NCBI GenBank assembly: GCA_963849325.1
Contig: CAWKHF010000012.1
Span: forward strand, 576,001 to 640,000
Length of the DNA: 64,000 nt
Source of the DNA: an uncultured Planctomycetota bacterium
GTDB taxonomy: Bacteria; Planctomycetota; Planctomycetia; Gemmatales; Gemmataceae
Reading direction: 5' to 3'
The notes beneath the pieces are model-generated. The model searched no databases. It saw nothing but the letters and a program-made list of their open reading frames with translations, and was not told where the DNA came from. Below, one piece after another: positions 32,688 through 42,298 of this stretch (position 1 is the stretch's first letter; every line of letters begins with the position of its first letter). Both the position numbers and the translations under genes were made by a program.

Positions 32688-34414
32688 TTATTTGCTCTGA
32701 TGGACGAGCTTGCCGTTGACGTAGGTGCGAAGGACGCGGACCTCCTTGATATCGTCTACCGGACACGTCAGCAAGTCCCGGTCGAGGACGATGAGGTCGG
32801 CCAACTTGCCCGCTTCGAGTGAGCCAACGCGATCTTCCAGAAAGAGGATATAGGCGTTATTGCTCGTGTAGAAGCGAATGGCCTGTTCGCGGCTGAGGGA
32901 TTCTTCGGGGTGCAGTCGGCCGTCGTACCATTTCGCCCGGCGTGTGATGGTCGTCCATATGCCGAGGAAGGGGTTGTACGGATTGACCGAGCGCAGCGAG
33001 CCGATTTTTTGCATGTGGTCGGAGCCGCCGCCGGCGATGGCGCCGGCGTCAAACAAGCTCTTCAAGGGCTGGAAATAGCGAAGGCGGTCGTATCCGAACT
33101 GGGCCGTCAGCGTGCGCGTGTCGAGGTACAGCCAGGCCGGTTGAATGTCGGCCACCACGCCCAGCTCGGCCAGCTTGCGAACCGCTTCCGCGCTCATGAA
33201 GTTGCAGTGCGTGATGCACGGCCGCGTCCGCCGAATCGGCAGCGAGCGCGACAGCTCTTCGTAAACGTCCAGCAGCGTGTGGACCGCGCCGTCGCCGACC
33301 GAGTGCGCCGTGAACTGCAAGCCGGATTCGATCGTCGTTTGCACGATCGGCAGCAGGCGCTCCTTGGGAATGAACAGTACACCGCGATAATCCGGGTCTT
33401 TGATGGAGTAAATTTTGCTCACGCCCCACGGCCGGCGCATGTAGGCGCTGCCGGTGAGCATGCCGCCGTCGAGATAGGTCTTGATGCCGACGATGCGCAG
33501 GCGGGCGTCGCCCTTGACGAGCGGGTCTTCGGCCACGCGGCGAATGTTTTTCTGGATCTTGTCGATGGCCCCGATGGTGTCGATGTGGTGCGAAACGGCT
33601 ATGCGCACGCTGAGGCGGTCCTGCGCCAGCAGTCGGCGATAGCGGTCGATGGCCGATGGGCTGGCATCGCGGTCGCCGATGGTCGTCAGGCCGACCGCGT
33701 TGTAATCCTTGAACAACTGCAACAACCGTTCGCTGCGATCCAGTTCCGTCGGCCTGCGCCCGAGGGTTGGCTCTTGACGTAGCGCGTGCAGCTGCGCAGG
33801 ATGCCGGTCGGCTCGCCGGTCTTGGCGTCCTTTTCGGCGTAGCCCGGCCCGCCGTCGGTGACTTTGAAATCCTTATCGATGCCGCTGAGCTTCAAGGCGA
33901 GCGTGTTCAGCGAAGCGTCCGGCCCGGTCGAGAAGACGACTGGGTTGTCCGGGGCCGTCTCGTCGAGTTCTTGCCGCGTCGGATAGCGCTGCTCGCGGAG
34001 GCGAGTGATGAAGACCTGGCGCACTTGAATCCATTCGCCCTTGGCCAGCACCTTCGCTCGCCCCTTGATGTAGGCCAGGACGTCGGCGATGGTCTCCATC
34101 ACGGGGATGGGGTGGTCGAACTCCACCATGCAGGCGGCGGTCGGATGCACGTGCGAATCGATCAGGCCCGGCAGGACGGACTTGCCGGCGAGGTCGAGGA
34201 CTTGCGTGTGCGGCCCCTTGGTCTTCAGCACCTCCGCGTTGCTGCCGACGCGCAGGATGCGACCGCCGCCGACGGCGAGCGCCTGGTGGATCGAGAACTT
34301 TTTGTCCGCGGTGACGATCTTGCCGTTGTGCAAGATCAGGTCCGCGTCCGCGGCGGCTTCCGCGCGGGAGCCGGAGGCGAGCATCACCACGGTGACAAGG
34401 AGACGACATCGCAT
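32688..34414 (-). CDS. Amidohydrolase (YtcJ-like), secreted; frameshift near 33745
   Basis: ADLILHNGKIVT, VLPGLIDSHVH, GEPTGIL, HSVGDGA, GGSD, GSLEAGKLADL. Confidence 0.92.
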
Positions 34415-34437
34415 GAGGAATACTCCAAGGAAGGCGC

Positions 34438-35562
34438 TCAGCCGCGCTCGGCGAGCGGCTTGACCATCCGCGCCGCTGGCCCGGTGTAGCGTCCGCGCGG
34501 ACGGATCAGTCGATTGTGTTCCTGTTGCTCCATGAAGTGGGCGCTCCAGCCCGTCACGCGCGACATGACGAAGATGGGCGTATACAGCGGTACTTCCAGG
34601 CCGAGGGCGTGGTAGAGTCGGCCGGCCGGCCAATCGAGGTTGGGGAACAGGTGTTTTTCGGCGCCCAGGACGCGCTCGATGATCTCGGCCGTCTCCTCCC
34701 ACGCCAGCGAGCCGGTCGCCGTCGCCGCCTGCCGGGCATACGGCTTGAGGATGCCGGCACGCACGTCGCCGGCCTTGTAGACGCGGTGGCCAAAGCCCAT
34801 GATGCGCTCCTTGCGCGCCAGCGCTTCGCGCAGCCATTTCTCGGCGTTGGCCGGGCCGCCCGTCTTCTGCAGCAACTCCATCACCTTCTCGTTGGCCCCG
34901 CCGTGCAGCCGGCCCTTCAAGGCGCCGATGGCGGCGACGATGGCGGAGTGCAGGTCCGATTCGGTCGAGCAGACCACGCGGGCGGTGAAGGTCGAGGCAT
35001 TGAATTCGTGCTCGGCGTACAGGATCAGCGACACGTCCAGGGCGCGCGTGTCGGCGGCGCTCGGCTCCTGGCCACGCAGCATGTACAGAAAGTTAGCCGC
35101 GTGGCCGAGGTCCGGCCGTGCCGCAACGGGTTGCTGTCCGTTGCTGACGCGATGGTACACGGCGACGGCTACCGGCACCTGTCCCAGCAGACGCTCGGCC
35201 TTGCGCAGGTTGGCGTCGCGTGAGGAGTCGGCCGTGTCGGGGTCGAAGTGGGCCAGGATGCTGACGGCGCTGCGCAGCACGTCCATCGACGACGAGCCGC
35301 GCGGCACGGACCCCAGCAAGTTGATCAAAGGCCCAGGCAGGCAACGCGCCGACGCCACGCGCTTCTGGAAGTCGGCCAGCTGGGCTACGGTCGGCAGCTC
35401 GCCGTGCAGCAGCAGGTACGCAACCTCGTCGAATGTGGCCTTTTCGGCCAAGTCCATCACCGGGTAGCCGCGGTAACGCAGGCCGTCGGCCACGGTGGAG
35501 ATGGCCGTCTCACCGGCGATCACGCCTTCCAGGCCCGGCGAATAAATCTCACTCTCCGCCAT
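34438..35562 (-). CDS. prpC: Citrate / 2-methylcitrate synthase
   Basis: GLEGV, YAEHEFNASTF, LHGGAN, MGFGHRVY, FPNLD; adjacent to prpB. Confidence 0.88.
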   Translation of the reverse strand: MAESEIYSPGLEGVIAGETAISTVADGLRYRGYPVMDLAEKATFDEVAYLLLHGELPTVAQLADFQKRVASARCLPGPLINLLGSVPRGSSSMDVLRSAVSILAHFDPDTADSSRDANLRKAERLLGQVPVAVAVYHRVSNGQQPVAARPDLGHAANFLYMLRGQEPSAADTRALDVSLILYAEHEFNASTFTARVVCSTESDLHSAIVAAIGALKGRLHGGANEKVMELLQKTGGPANAEKWLREALARKERIMGFGHRVYKAGDVRAGILKPYARQAATATGSLAWEETAEIIERVLGAEKHLFPNLDWPAGRLYHALGLEVPLYTPIFVMSRVTGWSAHFMEQQEHNRLIRPRGRYTGPAARMVKPLAERG

Positions 35563-35585
35563 CGCTTGCCCTCTCGAAAAAAGAT

Positions 35586-35741
35586 TTCACCACGGAAAAC
35601 ACGGAAAACACGGAAAAAGACAAAAAAAGAGGACCGTCAACGTGGCGAGAATAGCAACTGCGAACCCATTAACGCGGCTCCTAGCTTATTTCACTCTTTT
35701 TTGTATTTTTTTCCGTGTCTTCCGTGTTTTCCGTGGTGAAT
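35586..35741. repeat. Long-loop inverted repeat family E with 9-nt internal tandem units
   Basis: ttcaccacggaaaacacggaaaacacggaa / ttccgtgtcttccgtgttttccgtggtgaa. Confidence 0.9.
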
Positions 35742-35747
35742 TTGTTT

Positions 35748-36630
35748 TCAACTGAAATAGGATCGGTCGCGTTCCTCGTAGCCGGCATAGTCCAGCAAGT
35801 CGTACAACTCGGCGCGCGTCAGCATCCGGTCGAGCTGATCGCGCTGGTGCCCCTTGTGCAAGATGTCCGTCAGTGCCGCCTGCGCAGCGGAGGGCCGCAC
35901 GCAAGGCCGTCACCGGATAGAGGACCATGCGGTAGCCCATCTCGGCCAACTCGGCGAAGTCCAGGTTGGGACTGCGGCCGAACTCGGTCATGTTCGCCAG
36001 CAGAGGCATCGGAGCCAGCGCCCGAGCGAAGGCGGCGAACTCGTCCCTGCTCTCCAGCGCTTCGGGGAAAATGGCGTCGGCGCCGGCGGCGACGTAGAGA
36101 CGAGCGCGGCGGACGGACTCCTCGAAGCCGGCGACGCCGCGGGAGTCGGTGCGAGCGATGAGGACGAAATCCGGATCGCGGCGAGCGGCGACCGCCGCCC
36201 GTATCTTGGCCGCCATGACCTCGGCGTCCACCAACTGTTTGCCCGACAGGTGGCCGCAGCGCTTGGGCAACTGCTGGTCTTCGAGATGAATCCCGGCCGC
36301 GCCGGCGTCCTCGAACAGGCGCACCGTTCGCTCCACGTTGAGCGCCTCGCCGAATCCGGTGTCGGCGTCGCACAACAGCGGCAACCGCGTCGCCGACGCG
36401 ATTGTTCGCGCCGCTTCGACGAACTCCGTCAACGTCAGCAGACCGACATCCGGCAGCGCCGTCGAGGCGGACAGCGCGGCGCCAGAGAGGTAGACGGCCC
36501 GGAAGCCGAGTTGTGCGGCCATGCGTCCTACGAGGGCGTTGAAGACGCCGGGCAGAGCCAGAGGCGCCGCCGTCCAGGCGTCGCGCAGACGGCGGCCGGG
36601 CGAGGCCATGCCTTCTCGCGGGTCGCTCAT
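35748..36630 (-). CDS. prpB: Methylisocitrate lyase; frameshift near 35880
   Basis: YLSGAA, LPDVGL, DADTGFG, EDQQLPKRCGHL, ARTD, LANMTEFG. Confidence 0.93.
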
Positions 36631-36748
36631 GCGCTCCCTTTCCTCCTGAGGCCGTTGTTGATGCTCCGAGGGCAGCATAGCGGATGACAGGGGAGCGGGC
36701 AACGCCCGCCCCGTACCGCGCCCCTGCTCGATGAATAGTGTTTTTTCC

Positions 36749-36791
36749 TTGACGGCGGCCATGCCCCCTGTGTAATGTGACAGTGTTACAC
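36749..36791 (+). promoter_or_regulatory. Putative promoter with overlapping inverted repeat
   Basis: TTGACG-16-TGTAAT; GTGTAA-N10-TTACAC at 36770-36791. Confidence 0.45.
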
Positions 36792-36849
36792 TTCGGCGGA
36801 ACGAGACTGCCGAGAACTCTTCCGTTGTTCCTCCAAAGGAGTCTCCATC

Positions 36850-38486
36850 ATGGCGATGGCAAGTGGGAATCGATGGCGTCGTAGCGGTGTGGCGGGTTTG
36901 TTGCTGGGTGTGCTGCTTTTGACATTGCTCCGGGTCGAAAACTCCTTGCCGGCCCGTGACAAGGCGAAGGTGCCGGCCCTGCCCTCGGACCTGGTGAAGG
37001 TGCCCAGCGATAGCGCCTTTCTGCTCTCCGTGAGGGTCGCCGATCTGTGGGGCAGCGATCTGGTCCAGCCCATCCGCCGGAAGTTGGCCAAGGACATCGG
37101 CGAGGCGAGTGGAGCCTTCGAGAAAAACTTCGGTCTACCGCTGCAACAGGTCGAGCGCTGGACGATGGTCAGCGTTTCCCCTCCGGCCGGCCCCGCGGAG
37201 CCGTTAATGTTCGTGCATACGACCCAGGCGTATGACCGGGCCAAGGTGCTCGCCGCCCACAAGAACGTACAGGAAGAGAAGTACAAGGGCCAAACCTTCT
37301 ACTCCGCCGACAAGAAATGGGCGGTCTATCCGCTCGATGAGCGTTCGCTGGTATACGGATCGCCCAATGAACTTCGCGGCTTGATCGACCATCCCGCGCC
37401 GAAGACCGAGGGCAACCTGGCCGGCGCCCTACGCCTGGCTGCGGGCAAGCATACGCTGACGGCGGCGGCGAACGTGAAAGCCATTAACAACGCCGTCGGC
37501 GGCCAACTGCCGGGTGAAGCGGAGCCGTTCAAACCGTTGCTGCAAGCTCTGTCCGGCACGCTGACCGTGGACGTCGGCGCGGAGTCCCCTGTCCAAGCGA
37601 AACTGATCTTCCCGACCGAGGCCGACGCGAAAGCCGCCGTCAAGCCCGCCAACACCGGCGTGGATCTCGCCGCGCATCGCCCTCGCCCGTGGGATGGCGG
37701 CGTTGGCGAAGCAGAAAGATGCAAACAAGATCGTCGAATTGCTCAAAGAGGTCCAAACGGCCTTGAGGGACGCCCGCATCGAACAGGAGGGCAAGACGCT
37801 GCAAGCCTCGGCCGCGCTCAAGGTCAACGTCGCCTCGGCCGGCGTCTCATTGATGGCGGCGATCCAGCAGGTCCGCGACGCGGCCTCCCGCGCAGAGCAG
37901 CAACAACCTCAAGCAGATTGCCCTCGCCATGCACAATTCCCACGATACCTACGGCCAACTCCCGGCACGAGCTACCTTCGACAAGAACGGCAAGCCGATG
38001 CTGAGCTGGCGCGTGATGATCCTGCCCTTCATCGAGCAGCAGGCGCTTTACGTCCAGTTTCACCTGGATGAGCCGTGGGACAGCGAGCACAACAAGAAAT
38101 TGCTGGTCATGATGCCGCGGACCTACGCCTCGCCCCATGACGAGAAGACCATCCAGGAGCACACGACGTACTACCAGGCGTTCGTCGGCGAGGGCACTGT
38201 CCTGGGAGGCAAAAAAGGCATCACTTTCAGGGACATCACGGACGGCCTCTCGAACACGATCCTGATCGCCGAGGCATCGAAGGCCGTGCCGTGGACCAAG
38301 CCGGAAGACATTCCCTACGACGCCGACAAGCCGCTGCCGAAGCTCGGCCTGCCCGGCGCCAGCGGCTTCCAGGCGGTGTTCTGCGATGGCTCGGTGCGCG
38401 TCATTGCCAACACGGTCAAGCCGAAGGTGCTCCACGCCCTCATCACCTACAACGACGGCATCGACATCAAGGGCGACGATTTCTAA
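36850..38486 (+). CDS. DUF1559-domain protein with long N-terminal extension and no prepilin motif; frameshifts
   Basis: NNLKQIALAMHN, LSWRVMILPFIEQ, DEPWDSEHN, DGLSNTI, VPWTKPED, FCDGSV. Confidence 0.88.
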
Positions 38487-38491
38487 TTGCT

Positions 38492-38524
38492 GTTTCGCGG
38501 CGGCTCTCCGAGCCGCCGCGAAAC
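38492..38524. repeat. Short palindrome / hairpin
   Basis: gtttcgcggcggctc / gagccgccgcgaaac. Confidence 0.75.
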
Positions 38525-38544
38525 CTGAAAGGGGAGAGTCGATC

Positions 38545-40205
38545 ATGCGATCGGGCTTCGTTGTCTTTGTCCTCATCGTGCTCCTCGCCGGCCTGGCTGT
38601 CTCCGCCGAGAAGCCGGCTGTCGTGCCCGGCGACGCCCAGGATCTGTTGCTGTTTCTGGACGCGCGCCCCTATCGGATTCGTCTGCATCTGCAGGTCCGG
38701 GGCCGCTCCTTCCGAACGCACTGGGACGATACGGCGAGCCGCCTGTTCGGCTATCTGGACGTGGACGGCGATGGTTCGCTCAGCAAGAAGGAGGCAGCGC
38801 TGGCCCCCAGCAACACGCAATGGGTACAGATGATGAACGGCACTCCGATCGAACCGGATGCCGCCCCCGACTTCACCGCCCTGGCCGGCGCCGCCGCGAC
38901 GACCGTGACACGCGACGCCTTCCTCCGCTACTATCGCGGTTCCGGGGCCGGGGCGCTCCAGGTCGAATGGGGCTGGCGTCCGCCGGCGGCGGATCGGCTG
39001 ACCGACGCCTTGTTTCGCTACCTCGACACGAACAAGGACGGCGCTCTGTCCCGCGAGGAGTTGTCCGCCGCGGAGACCGCCCTGCATCTGCTCGACCTAG
39101 ACGGCGATGAGATGATCCGGCCCACCGAGCTGGACGCCGCCGGTGTCTACCCCGTCTTTACTTTCCGCTCCTCGACCGAGACGCAGGCCGTGCCGGCTAA
39201 CTTTCCCTTCGCGGTCCTCCAGCCCGACACGCCCGCCAACGTCGTGACCGGCCGGCTGTTTGCTTTTTACGACAAGAACAAGGACCGCAAGCTGAGCCGG
39301 ACGGAATTACCGCTGGACCGGCCGGCCTTCGATCGATTGGACCGCAACCGCGATGGCCAACTCGATTCGGCCGAGTTGGCCGCCTGGCGGAAACTGCCGC
39401 CCGAACTGGAGCTGATCGTACCGTTGGAGAGGAAGGCGCGGCAAGACATCCTCGTCATGCCGGCTGCGGATGGCAAACCGAACCACCTGGCCGCGCGACT
39501 GTCGCCCCGCGACGGCGCTCTGCGCCTGCCGATCGACGAGAAGCAGCTCGAATTGGTTAGCGGCGGCGCCGGGTCGACGGTTCGGCAAACCCTGCTGAAA
39601 CAGTTCGACGACAAGGCCGGCGACAAAGGCGTCCTCGGGGAGAAGGCGATCTACCAACCGCCGTTCACGTTCGTGGCCCTCCTGCGCCTGGCCGATCGGG
39701 ATGGTGACAATCAGTTGTCACGCAAGGAGCTGGCGGATTTCCTGGACATGCAGGAGAAGTTTTTCTTCCGCGCGTCGTACCTGACCGTGGTGGACCGTGG
39801 ACCGTCACTGTTCGAGTTTCTGGACAGCGACCACGATGGCCGCCTGAGTCCGCGCGAGTTGCGTTCGGCGTGGACGCGGTTGTCCCCGTGGGACCGCGAT
39901 AACACCGGGCGCATCGCCGCCGGCAGGTGCCGCGCCAGTTTCAGCTCGTTCTCAGTCATGGCCAGCCGCGCGCCAACCTCCCCGCCGGAGGAGGGACAGG
40001 TTTCGCCGACCTGCCGCTGTTCCGCGACCGCTCGCCCGGCCCGTTGTGGTTCCGCAAGATGGACCGCAACGGCGACGGCAACGTCTCGCCGACCGAGTTC
40101 CTCGGCACGAGCGAGCAGTTTCGCCGTCTCGACGCCGACGGCGATGGTCTGATCAACGTCACGGAGGCCGAGCGCGCCGACAAGGACATGCGCAAGCGTC
40201 GCTGA
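38545..40205 (+). CDS. Secreted multi-EF-hand protein; frameshift near 39925
   Basis: Repeated DxDxDGxLSxxE loops (DVDGDG, DTNKDG, DLDGDE, DRNRDG, DRDGDN, DSDHDG, DRNGDG, DADGDG). Confidence 0.9.
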
Positions 40206-40217
40206 GGCCCACCCGCG

Positions 40218-41153
40218 TTATGGTTGCTTCATCGGCGGTGCGGTGATCAGGTCCAGACCGTTCGCTCCGAGGTGATGGTCGAGCAGGTCGATCTGACCGT
40301 TTTGTTTGAGGCGAGCGAAGAGCTTGCCGCGCTCCTCTTCCCAGATTTGCCGCAGGTAATGCGGGTTCTCCTTCCGGCCGACCTCATACTCCTGGAGCCG
40401 CTTGAGGAAGCGCTCAGCGTCGCGGTGGGCGAGCAGCTTCCGTGCGTGGACGTAAGCGGCCGTCTCCTGTTCGAGTTGATACTTCTCCGCCTCGGCCAGT
40501 TGGAGATTGCGGGCCACGCTCTGCTCCGCCTCGTTTCGCAGGGTGGTGGTGCGCGTCTGGGCCAGGGCGACGCTATCGAAGGCCGGCTTCACGTCGTCCG
40601 GCGGCGCGATCAGCGCCACGCGCGCATCCAGGATCTGCACGCCCAGGCGGTACGGCTCGATCCATTCCTGCGCCTGGCCGACCAGCACGGAACGCATCTC
40701 GTTCTTGCCGTTGAGCAGCACGTCATCGACATTACGGCCGGCGACCCAGCGGGCCATGACGGCTTCCACCGCTCGGCTCAGCAGGGCGTCCACGCGGTCG
40801 GCTTGCAGTACGTAGTCGGCTTCCTCGTCGCGGCGCACCTTGTAGGTGAGCACGGCCTGGACGTTGACCAGGTTGTGATCGCCGGTCAGGAGTTGGCCGG
40901 ACGGCATCGTCTCGCCGGAGGAATCGTCTTCCTGGTAGCCGATGGTGACGCTCTGCACGCGATCGACGGCGACGCGATCGACGCGATCCATGCCCCACGG
41001 CAGCTGCACCGACAGGCCCGGTTCCAACCGGGACGGCAGCAATCGGCCGAAGCGGCGCACGACGCCGCGCTCGCCGGGCCGAACTTGCACCACGCCGGTC
41101 AGAGCGTAACCCGCCATGAGCAGCCCAGCCGCCAGCAACCAGCGCAGTCGCAT
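40218..41153 (-). CDS. hflK: HflK-like SPFH protein
   Basis: VQVRPGERGVVRRFG, LPWGMDRV, LLTGDHNLV, LGVQI, PPDDVKPAFDSV. Confidence 0.88.
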   Translation of the reverse strand: MRLRWLLAAGLLMAGYALTGVVQVRPGERGVVRRFGRLLPSRLEPGLSVQLPWGMDRVDRVAVDRVQSVTIGYQEDDSSGETMPSGQLLTGDHNLVNVQAVLTYKVRRDEEADYVLQADRVDALLSRAVEAVMARWVAGRNVDDVLLNGKNEMRSVLVGQAQEWIEPYRLGVQILDARVALIAPPDDVKPAFDSVALAQTRTTTLRNEAEQSVARNLQLAEAEKYQLEQETAAYVHARKLLAHRDAERFLKRLQEYEVGRKENPHYLRQIWEEERGKLFARLKQNGQIDLLDHHLGANGLDLITAPPMKQP

Positions 41154-41174
41154 GATTCAGCTCCCAAGAGAAAA

Positions 41175-41295
41175 ACCACGAATCACACGAATTACACGAA
41201 TAATAGATAAGAAGAGTAAATAGTTCGGTTATCTACGTCCGATTTCGGGTGTCTTTGATTGCATTTTTTCGTGTGATTCGTGTGATTCGTGGTTT
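41175..41295. repeat. Long-loop inverted repeat (family E variant) overlapping the hflC 3' end
   Basis: aaccacgaatcacacgaattacacgaa / ttcgtgtgattcgtgtgattcgtggtt. Confidence 0.85.
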
Positions 41296-42257
41296 TTCTC
41301 TTTGCCCGGATTGGGCGGGTTGAGCAGGGTGTCGAACATTTCGCGGTGTGTCGAGAGCAGCAGCGTACTCTTGTTATCGCCGAGAATGCGCTGATAGTCC
41401 TCCAGCTTCTTGAGGAAGGTGTAGAACGCGGGATCCTGCTGCGAGGCAGCGTTGCGGATGCGGTCGGCGTCGGCGTCGGCCTGGCCGCGCAGCTGGATGG
41501 ACTGGGCTTCGGCCTCCGCCTTCATCTCGGCCACGCGCCGCGCCCCGGCACTCTCGATGTCCTGCTTGCGCCGTTGACCCTCACTCTCGTAGTCGGCGGC
41601 CTTCTTCCGCCGCTCGCTGCGGATGCGATCGAAGATGGCCTCGCGCACCGCGGCCGGATGGTTGGAGCGACGCAGGCGAATGTCCACCACCTGGATGCCG
41701 TACTCCGATTGGGCCACGGACTCCAGTGACGGGCTGCCCGTGCCGCTGCCCCGCAGCAGCCGATCGCGGAGTTCACTCCGCTTGTCATCCACCTTTTTCG
41801 GGTCCTCGCTGATGAGGTCGTCGAGTTCCATCCGGCCGATGGCGGCGCCCAACTCGCTGTTGATGCGCTGGCCGAGGATCGCCTGTGCCCCCGCCGGCGT
41901 GCCCACGCTGCGGATGAACGTGTCCACCCCCTTGGCATCGGCGATGCGCCAGCACACGTAGGCATCGATGGTTAGCGTGCGATCGATGGTGTTGCGCTTC
42001 GGATCGCGCGTCAGCAATTCCGCCCCCGGCAGGTCGAAATACTGCAAGCGGCGGTCGAGGCGCTGCACCGACTGGATGGGCCAGGGCCATTTGAAGTGCA
42101 GGCCAGCTTGCTCGCCGTTGGCACCGTCGTAGGTGGCCAACGGCCGGCCGAACTGCGTCAGGTAGACGAACTCGGTACGGTCCACGGTGAAGGCACACAG
42201 CGGAGCGACGACGGCCGCCCCGACAAGCCCAAGGATCGCGAGAAGTTTCCAACGCAT
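41229..42257 (-). CDS. hflC: HflC-like SPFH protein
   Basis: TQFGRP, GLHFKWPWP, LTRD, WRIAD, YGIQVVDIRL, IFDRIRSER, RGQADA, DPAFYTFLKKL. Confidence 0.9.
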   Translation of the reverse strand: MRWKLLAILGLVGAAVVAPLCAFTVDRTEFVYLTQFGRPLATYDGANGEQAGLHFKWPWPIQSVQRLDRRLQYFDLPGAELLTRDPKRNTIDRTLTIDAYVCWRIADAKGVDTFIRSVGTPAGAQAILGQRINSELGAAIGRMELDDLISEDPKKVDDKRSELRDRLLRGSGTGSPSLESVAQSEYGIQVVDIRLRRSNHPAAVREAIFDRIRSERRKKAADYESEGQRRKQDIESAGARRVAEMKAEAEAQSIQLRGQADADADRIRNAASQQDPAFYTFLKKLEDYQRILGDNKSTLLLSTHREMFDTLLNPPNPGKEKNHESHESHEKMQSKTPEIGRR

Positions 42258-42298
42258 AACAGCCTCAACTTACCGGCCGGCTCACGCCGGCCATTCGC

